Positions 12,001 to 15,186 of a DNA stretch of 64,000 nucleotides are shown piece by piece. This stretch comes from an uncultured Clostridia bacterium (GTDB taxonomy: Bacteria > Bacillota > Clostridia > Oscillospirales > Ruminococcaceae): NCBI GenBank assembly GCA_947627905.1, contig CANQXX010000005.1:6925-70924 (forward strand). The letters are read 5' to 3'. The notes beneath the pieces are model-generated. The model ran no database searches and was not told where the DNA came from. It was given only the letters and a program-made list of their open reading frames with translations. The stretch's first letter is position 1. Each line of letters starts with the position of its first letter. The position numbers and the translations under genes are program-made.

Positions 12001-13255
12001 GATTGACAGCAAGGGTTATGCAAGTTCCGGAGATGTAAGCGGAAGAATAGATAACGGTGCGGCAGTGATGGCAGAATTTATAAACACCAATGAGGTAACT
12101 TCGCTGCCCGATACAGGAAGCCTTACGCTGACAAAACATGTCAATGTCCTCAGCGGAACGCCTGATCCGGAAGATACGTTTACGTTTTCAATAACTCTGG
12201 TATATCCTGACACAACTTCCGAAACGCGTGAGGCCGTTCTTCACGGCGGAGAAAGCACTATCATTGAGGATATACCTACAGGAACGGCATATACGATATC
12301 CGAGATATCAATGCCCGGCGGATATGCTGCTCAGGATATGATAACAGGAAACGTTAATGGAGACATAACAGAAATATTTGTCAATAACTTCGGCAGCAGC
12401 ACCGATCCCGATGATCCTCCGGATATTCCTACACCTCCTCCCGGACCTCCGGAACATATTGATCCTCCGGAACCGCCAAAGACAGATGAACTTATTATTC
12501 ACAAAGATGTAGTTGACGCAGGCGGCAATGACATCAACAGTGAGAATAAGGACAGCTTCGAGTTTGTTGTGGAGATATTCAGAATGGACGGAGATTACGC
12601 ATTAGGTTCATTTGAATACACCGGAACGATGGGTTCTTCCGGAAGCGTATCCAGCGGAGGAAAGATCACACTTAAAGCCGGAGAGACTGTAACGATTGAA
12701 GGTATACCTGTCGGATACGGCTACAGAGTAAGGGAAGTCCTTCCGGAAAGCGGAGAATACAAAGTAAACGGAAGTATAAATGTATCCGGAACTATAGTGG
12801 ATCACCGCGCAAATGAAGTTGACTTTGAAAACCTGTATACTCCTAAGGAAAAGCCTGAAGATCCAGACAAGTCCGCAGCAGAAGATCCGGACGATACCGA
12901 CAATATTGATCCCGATGATGCTGTTGGACCTGACGATGATGACGCTGCCAATGACACGGCAGAAACTGAAACGTCTTATGAATCAGCAGATTCCGGCGCG
13001 TCGGCAAGCTCGGAAGAAGATGAACTTCCGGACGATGAGCACAAGGATATTCCGGAATATCCGGACGACGCAGAGGAAGCAAAAGAACCGGAAGAACTCG
13101 AAGTTCCGGACAAAACCGATGCAGACGGAGATATACCCTATGAGCCTGAAGCTCAGGAAAATCCTAAGACCGGAAATACTTCTCCCGCATCTGCAATATT
13201 TGCAATGCTTGCTTCGGCGGCAGCTATGATGTTCACAAGGAAGAAAAAGAAATAA
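2..13255 (+). CDS. giant cell-wall-anchored surface adhesin, 5'-truncated by the window edge (about 4,417 aa visible)
   Basis: Frame 2 has no stop from nt 2 to the TAA at 13253-13255. The GTG at 98 used by the ORF track is therefore internal. The translation shows FctA/Spy0128-like pilin-isopeptide-style modules (e.g. 'DAFTFKISTT', 'GKYTFDITETNN', 'KNYTFTLSEQSG'). It also shows two DUF11-like repeats ('VGDEINYSIKWYNNSKDTANVTITDTLP', 'VGDTIPYVITWNNNSEYKADVTITDTLA'). About 20 Cna-B/SpaA-like units each open with G-x-L-x-[IV]-x-K-x-V. The protein ends with a Pro-rich linker, a D/E-rich tail, NPKTG, a hydrophobic helix and RKKKK. Confidence 0.9.
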   Translation, partial: KTDKTYFNSSLNVQSTGTNPKNDGLYELVKSDVTNINGTYIFTNIKYDKENGTEFIYHVKNPDEDTYDLTSMGDKAPSTRPNYGHYYLYYPIQNVYGNEIQRFTVGGTGVDLDTAVNGQGYVKDTITAIDVGYNYVSTGYDIKLQKEWKTDGAGDPDVVYYDLSYSTAKNSNGQHYKTYSISAAVGWLNAQNINNPPAEIDGEAVTDYYVAAEYYFKGGYLFKHVFEYENGKYGELSGKTYYYNDKPGVIADIRDLGDINHDEIVDAEDLSAIGDAQWAEYVFGTTKLGSGDGVKPYHAAVDKNFVEGKTDVTIKVVNSSEEKPASIEVYKYYDNLYKEGTEDIIDDSNALRGATFRLYKNTEEEVKAGLAPDATADAKKKLEEVETETTRINGRYIFTGLDPKETYTLRELFSPVGYRITNEYTEITSGMFEKNNNKVTVYVPNTRVEEGFYIRKRLSGRIWEPSDTFSFTMTMNEGESGYQQGTGNTDVNDIFENSTDNLNNAVNTFRTDFNSTYKTVTINNDTPFYTYDDETGNHISADTKAASLLVSDTASKGSDVAATLNGLPFPAAGEYTFTIKEENCTDKNITGSAAEYQVTFSVTRKYNSDVEEGTTPAITEKNTHLAAEVSRILVKYSPGGAFEDYASTMPMFTNRYTASAEQSASYVISKNLEGREWLEDDAFTFKISTTDDTTIAALTNGNFIVQSKRGSETLETILGKDKDDPGEAKTEYTGTISAADGKITIDELNYENVSFPVVYVNGDGVEWTGEEDPSAKQIQDGGWKRVTKPVTYVLDIEEIIPAETNGIKYSSEKYQLKITLKNALNDEGEIDGEIDDIELELYYIPETGKASRLIGRCTIINGKQEHNNKAHAILFTNIYEAELYWSPSINKYISGREWDEFDEFAFSIACTSANKADVNVVQGARTVTIKNSSTGGSDYRTGKFGWAEFTKPGKYTFDITETNNIEERGFVKKVITTIYVEIKDDNKGKLTFIEYPDGFDNPDTKKEVDIEESSEGQRYLSTSYNITNQYKDDPDTTYSFDISKKLDGRNWASSDIFTFELTPNDEATKNAVDSEYIKLPADWTKSGDKYTVTVNSADPKNVSIAFPKFDDSSNNDPKNYTFTLSEQSGSGNMDYSKEKYTLTFTVKRNRHQESVDDGTKETYLTGKIDVDLSVTKSGAEEVYNSTDTSGTFSATFTNSAYATDEFKVSKSFFGTWPTSKSFEAVIKRTDTNGGKVTIDGTEIAASKSTTIEFTEDDKVKTPEIKFYEEGTYTFEVKETAPAPLAKEPIDYDSSTYTVTAKVTDNGSGSLNVEYEIDGKTGNEVKIENAAVGSLSVTKAVECNKPGVDVPTDKEFKDKEFTINVALTLPEGLPERYLNSSAYSVTSIDGIEGSSIGDVNKSSRTFTVTLTLKAGQTATINHLPTGTAYSITEEGPVFSFTPKDQTITGDVVVNETTSEYKETVTNIYNVNDITISKKVQKEDKSDISGEDDTEFSFNITLKNGEAPLDDYIYTSNEDVTWNEPHDGTGTFTITPKKSITLKNIPYGATYSIEETGDYAGYVKETVPVSGTVGGSALDVKFVNTKLATHDLTIEKTVDSTMAADLEQNFKFDVTLTAPDGTIFDDVDEYTAVSGLTRSADGKTISGIITLGNKGTATIAGLPNGTVYTVEEQDTYDEKLVSSVSSDYDEAEGKLDDNKTVKFVNTRQKGSLTISKTVESADSGFDKDSYSFEFKVKVEGIDTDREYPIENYSTNKVTFDKEKETTLYLKDKDIVTIGELPDGAAYTVTEEGNANYFTLVNGELIDSESPKAAAGNIVPGTPSEVDFVNIYDKQPTKELDPDISSVQVGDEINYSIKWYNNSKDTANVTITDTLPAQLDYDKAEVIGAGSSGYDIQVKGNEITLTLKGCAGLSSGTVKVFAKVNEKAAKSGFTNTAAVEVGKNEYTVSSKTIGAAEIGNIKISKKAAGSLADKNQYFTFKITEAVDNSGTPLTGTYNYTGGKEGTGTFDFSTTDSLTFELKDGDSIIINALPAGAKITVEEKKEEGTAAADYVTSVKEIPDKVTAVSDNIAKLTVVKSTDTEAAFTNRKDGLNTKSIDKTKLTGDHVSVGDTIPYVITWNNNSEYKADVTITDTLADGLEIVSHEEPEGETDKEVTYEYIPETNTAKWTLKGREAGEKGEVRLTVKVNEAAVKWDGKNTASITVNSNEDKVSTEDEDIVYVKKGNISLTKSVTGTEKASELGRYFAFTIDANTAYNAATGSVPLSGSYDFTGTMGKKLGSDDTITEVTDGKIEFKSGKAEIFLKAGQSIEIIGLPANGDDKHKDFTITEAEVPGYTVSITPEPDVTADSRTYSGKVPVGNTANIVYENHKLEEHDLTILKVVAGKNGNKLRSWNFKVELTAPEGTVFAKTYTDTYKVTKGNFEWTGLSDDETKLTGSFSLVSGESLIINGLPEGTVYDVIENGLPKDYEVSAEISGKKATLAESDGLAVNTAKLSDSKTLDLTLDDDKSVIITNESPIPEAGEGRYSLTKKVTGVGLKPDDMDTEWHFDLQFGNMDAKDYDYTKLDISASDPKIIEEGIISLGSDGKITSIKVKDSSGTFTVQPDNKITLKNSQIITIYRLKAGETVTVSEVGDLNGYETTFTQYTAPTRAASAEEAAKDYTVTVPNKSDVVVTCTNKRLPGNLNITSEVENEGGDTIDDKTEFEFDITLTTEKPLDSDVCAQFKDIKCEEVDGKYVYTCTVTGREFNFSGLPDGTEYTVEEHLAPGYKFKNGINRYEGTITAGETSSAPFVNIKISEATLIVTKLLDSSITTDSDKAFTIRIYLTAPKDTILADKYSYTVSPSDEYSDVRTLTKVSGDKWEGNFNLIPGQTATISGLPQGTFFEISEPSADGFDPDISRNKAVLDKKENEVTITNRRKTADLTISKKISSDSELTATDRAIPFEFEIGLGAGTTGLDIKDIDGTYGYDGTYSGTVTFSDGKVTGSTGEHSPFGKDGKLTLKHDESIEIKGLPVGTYYTVNEVSAYSGYTPETGPFNGYIYELPKNNPAESSENNLAAFVNNKNVGTLEISKKVVHSDGGELSGGSTEDNFVFDVYMSITLPDDTKLPLSGTFGDYTFENGHAAITLKNGGTAVISGVPFGTDYLIEEDLSGKGGIYTSTVTSGNDSGQINNDTTPVKVEYVNKKSVASLKVTKTVENADTNISTIDSNKDFSFTLTLTNSNVSVAGTYKTDKGEIIIDNGGVGTFTLKDGESLTIYGIPTGTSYTVQEAADADYNVKINGISDEDGSSEGMISSDSTVAFTNVKKSAVLTVTKEITSENEITDDDKRIPFKFTIELEVPVNDGTEYRGLDGTVRAEIKRVNGGLSESEDLVFDGGSCSTEITLHHGDSVKLIDIPIGTKYTVTETTKDPGYTYTPDEADGKISGTVEKEENLKFINKKVSGSLTISKTVNNSDGSPLSSSTAEEKFDFGVKLTDDGITFNTATVSINGETATPIKAGTDGKFHIPLGNEDRAVFTDIPVGTHYEITEDLSGKDGYASPEVKDNNANSSINGGNVSGDIDGTSSPVQVEYINTKNVGSLTITNTVQVSDGSALNDTDKEPFEFSVLLGSKARAAAGYENEYQAYIGEKGSSAASDVNASVSFNADGTLKSVTYYNGTEESFVKLSHNMEITIYGIPLDMGYQVTETQRPGYTMSAVGDNGTISADSIANYINIRYVGSLTVTKTIVNSDGSEVTEDQKNEKFDFEVRFYTTDASGIETEYDKQTFELGHDGTITFDSIPAGMSYTVSETDSKGYSSSGDVSGIIKKDTEDTVAFINTFEVPELGSLTVTKTVVNSDGSEVTDDQKNEKFDFEVRFYTTDASGIETEYDKQTFELGHDGTITFDSIPAGMSYTVSETDSKGYSSSGDVSGIIKKDTEDTAAFTNTFEVPEPGSLTVTKTILNSDGSEVTDDQKNEKFGFEVRFYTTDASGAETEYDKQTFELSHGGTITFDSIPAGMSYTVTEIDSKGYASSGDVSGRIDNGAAVMAEFINTNEVTSLPDTGSLTLTKHVNVLSGTPDPEDTFTFSITLVYPDTTSETREAVLHGGESTIIEDIPTGTAYTISEISMPGGYAAQDMITGNVNGDITEIFVNNFGSSTDPDDPPDIPTPPPGPPEHIDPPEPPKTDELIIHKDVVDAGGNDINSENKDSFEFVVEIFRMDGDYALGSFEYTGTMGSSGSVSSGGKITLKAGETVTIEGIPVGYGYRVREVLPESGEYKVNGSINVSGTIVDHRANEVDFENLYTPKEKPEDPDKSAAEDPDDTDNIDPDDAVGPDDDDAANDTAETETSYESADSGASASSEEDELPDDEHKDIPEYPDDAEEAKEPEELEVPDKTDADGDIPYEPEAQENPKTGNTSPASAIFAMLASAAAMMFTRKKKK
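11144..12106 (+). repeat. 3 x 321-nt (107-aa) in-frame tandem repeat inside the adhesin gene
   Basis: Units start at 11144, 11465 and 11786 ('GSLTVTKT[IV][VIL]NSDGSEVT.DQKNEKF.FEVRFYTTDASG'). Units 1 and 2 differ at 5 of 107 aa by my count. Unit 3 diverges towards its end. Confidence 0.9.
13160..13252 (+). other. C-terminal sorting signal: NPKTG, hydrophobic segment, RKKKK
   Basis: Translation reads 'NPKTGNTSPASAIFAMLASAAAMMFTRKKKK*'. NPKTG is encoded at 13160-13174. Confidence 0.8.
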
Positions 13256-13260
13256 TTTAA

Positions 13261-13299
13261 ATATCCGGCGCGGATAATATTCCGTGCCGGGTATTTTTT
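13261..13299 (+). terminator. intrinsic terminator after the giant adhesin gene
   Basis: CCGGCGCGGA (13265-13274), a 6-nt loop, and TCCGTGCCGG (13281-13290). There is one G-U position. A T-run follows at 13294-13299. Confidence 0.7.
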
Positions 13300-13317
13300 G
13301 TGCTTATGAATGTGGTA

Positions 13318-13346
13318 TTGACGTTTTTGCAATAATATAGTAAAAT
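13318..13346 (+). promoter_or_regulatory. sigma-A-type promoter for the M20 amidohydrolase gene
   Basis: -35 TTGACG (13318-13323), 17-nt spacer, -10 TAAAAT (13341-13346). Confidence 0.6.
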
Positions 13347-13391
13347 ATTATTATATATTTGCAGTATATAAAATTTCAGGAGGCGTTTTAT

Positions 13392-14597
13392 ATGTATGAT
13401 ATATTAAATGAAGCAAGTCTGCTGCAGCAGGAGTTGGTCTCTATAAGACGGGAACTGCATATGTATCCGGAGACAGGGTTCGATATACCTAAAACAAAGG
13501 CTTTTGTAAAGCAGAAGTTAGAGAAAATGGGGTATGCTCCCTGTGAAATGGGCAAGGCAGGTCTGGTCGCTCTTGCAGGCGGAAAGCATCCCGGCAAGAC
13601 AATGCTCCTGAGAGCGGATATGGACGCTCTTGCAATGGACGAGCAGGCGGACGTTGAATACCGCAGCAGAAATGAAGGTAAAATGCATGGCTGCGGTCAT
13701 GATATGCATACTGCAATGCTTCTCGGAGCGGCAAAGCTGCTCAAAGAGCATGAGGACGATATATGCGGAACGGTAAAGCTGGAATTTCAGCCTGCGGAGG
13801 AAATATTTCAGGGCTCGCCGGATATGATAAGCTCCGGACTTCTTGAAGATCCTCACGTTGACGCTGCGGCTATGATACACGTTACAGCCGGTATGCCGCT
13901 GCCGTCAGGAACGTTCCTCGTTGCCGGAGGAGGTATATCCTCCACTTCCTGCGAGCAGTACCATATTACCGTAAAAGGAAAGGGCGGACACGGTTCAACG
14001 CCGCATGAAGCCATAGATCCGATAACAGCGGCGGCGCATATCCATATTGCGCTTCAGGAGATAAACAGCCGAGAGCTTGAGGGCAATCAGTTCGGCGTAT
14101 TTACTACCGGACGGTTTGAAGCCGGCAAGGCTTCAAACGTTATTCCGGATACAGCCGAAATGTGGGGAACGATAAGGACTACCGATCCGGAAAACGAAGT
14201 TGGCAAGCTGATAAAGACCCGTATGGAACAGATATGCAAGGGAGTTGCGGCAGCATTCAGATGTGAAGCGGAAGCTGAATTTTACGATTTCTGCCCGTGT
14301 ATGATGATAGACGGCAGCCTTGCGGCTGATACGCTTAAATATATGAAGTCGGTTTTCGGGGAGCAGGCAATGGATCTTTCGGTAGTTTCCGGCGGAAAAG
14401 CAGGCGGAGGAAGCGAAGATTTTGCTTTTGTAAGTCATCATGTTCCTACGGTAAGTATGTTCCTGACGGCAGGCAGCTCACTTGACGGTTATAAGTTCGG
14501 GCAGCATCATCCGCAGGTAAGATTTGACGATTCGGTGCTTTACCGCGGCAGCGCCGCATATGCAAATACGGCTCTTTGCTGGCTCAAAGAGCACTGA
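13392..14597 (+). CDS. M20-family amidohydrolase (N-acyl-amino-acid amidohydrolase / hippurate-hydrolase-like)
   Basis: 'RRELHMYPETGFD' and 'MHGCGHDMHTAMLLGAAKLL' are typical of the M20D family. I chose the ATG at 13392 because a GGAGG lies about 9 nt upstream. The ORF-track start at 13359 (TTG) has no ribosome-binding site. Confidence 0.88.
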   Translation: MYDILNEASLLQQELVSIRRELHMYPETGFDIPKTKAFVKQKLEKMGYAPCEMGKAGLVALAGGKHPGKTMLLRADMDALAMDEQADVEYRSRNEGKMHGCGHDMHTAMLLGAAKLLKEHEDDICGTVKLEFQPAEEIFQGSPDMISSGLLEDPHVDAAAMIHVTAGMPLPSGTFLVAGGGISSTSCEQYHITVKGKGGHGSTPHEAIDPITAAAHIHIALQEINSRELEGNQFGVFTTGRFEAGKASNVIPDTAEMWGTIRTTDPENEVGKLIKTRMEQICKGVAAAFRCEAEAEFYDFCPCMMIDGSLAADTLKYMKSVFGEQAMDLSVVSGGKAGGGSEDFAFVSHHVPTVSMFLTAGSSLDGYKFGQHHPQVRFDDSVLYRGSAAYANTALCWLKEH

Positions 14598-14605
14598 TAA
14601 GAGTG

Positions 14606-14634
14606 TTGAGAGTTAAGAGTTGAGATATTATAAT
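14606..14634 (+). promoter_or_regulatory. promoter-like module built from GTTGAGA heptads (copy L1)
   Basis: -35 TTGAGA (14606-14611), exactly 17-nt spacer, -10 TATAAT (14629-14634). It starts 9 nt after the M20 stop codon. The same module recurs at 62071-62099, and a degenerate inverted copy lies near 42174-42204. Confidence 0.5.
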
Positions 14635-14639
14635 TTAGC

Positions 14640-14980
14640 GTACTAAACGAAAGAAAATTATAGCTGGTCGAGCTGAGCCCAGCTCGCGGGGTCGAGGGGC
14701 AGAGCCCCTTGTCGCCGTCCGCAGACGGCGAAATTCCCCTTAAAAAGAGCTCCGCAAGGGTGTGAATAAAACGACGCAAGCGTCGTCTAAGCCGCTTTAG
14801 TGGCTTCAAGAGGGGGCTGCCCTGCGATAGAGGGCGCCCCCTTGGCACTAACGATTACTATAGTTTAAGCCTTGCCAAACAGCCCAGTGAGCTGTTTGGC
14901 AACATAGAACACTAAACAACTAAACAAAAGAAAATAATAGCTGTTCGTGATTAGCTCACGATCAGCTATTATTTTTTTTT
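14640..14980 (+). ncRNA. candidate structured ncRNA or structured repeat element, copy 1 (family not recognised)
   Basis: It lies between the promoter-like module and a strong terminator, with no ORF carrying a ribosome-binding site. Hairpins seen:
- 14669-14686
- 14693-14711
- 14713-14730
- 14771-14786
- 14789-14806
- 14811-14842
- 14872-14902 (12-bp stem)
The 247-nt core (14658-14904) is repeated at 41918-42144. Confidence 0.4.
14933..14980 (+). terminator. strong intrinsic terminator
   Basis: An 18-bp stem (14933-14950 with 14956-14973, one mismatch), a 5-nt loop, and a run of about 10 T's. Confidence 0.8.
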
Positions 14981-15027
14981 ATTTGTAAAAAAAATTTTGC
15001 CTTTTCAACAAATTTGTTGTTTAATAC

Positions 15028-15056
15028 TTGACAAGTGTTAGGCATATTGATATAAT
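15028..15056 (+). promoter_or_regulatory. sigma-A-type promoter of the ABC operon
   Basis: -35 TTGACA (15028-15033), 17-nt spacer, -10 TATAAT (15051-15056). The leader is about 125 nt. Confidence 0.7.
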
Positions 15057-15186
15057 AGTTATGTAACTCTATAAAATTTTTTCAGACTTTAACGTAATTT
15101 TTGTTCATTTGACATAAAAATTACACCGGACAGTGTGCAGTTTGCTGTTTCTGCCCCGCTGTACCGGCGATCAGGTTATTTGAAAG

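Noticed and set aside
11144-12106. Regularly spaced repeats (here and at 36066-37470) as possible CRISPR arrays.
   Set aside because: The units are contiguous with no spacers, are in-frame, encode Ig-like adhesin modules, and are far longer than CRISPR repeats.
12104-12118. Internal LPDTG ('TSLPDTGSLTLTK') inside the first adhesin, which looks like a canonical class-A sortase motif.
   Set aside because: It occupies the same inter-domain linker position as 'VPELGSLTVTK' and 'VPEPGSLTVTK' in the preceding repeats. It is not followed by a hydrophobic segment and basic tail. It is most likely a chance linker variant.
12813-13229. A 138-aa, highly basic ORF in the +1 frame overlapping the acidic tail of the first adhesin, together with the 12843-13082 minus-strand ORF.
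   Set aside because: It is a frame-shifted reading of GA-rich Asp/Glu codons. It has no ribosome-binding site and its composition mirrors the host frame.
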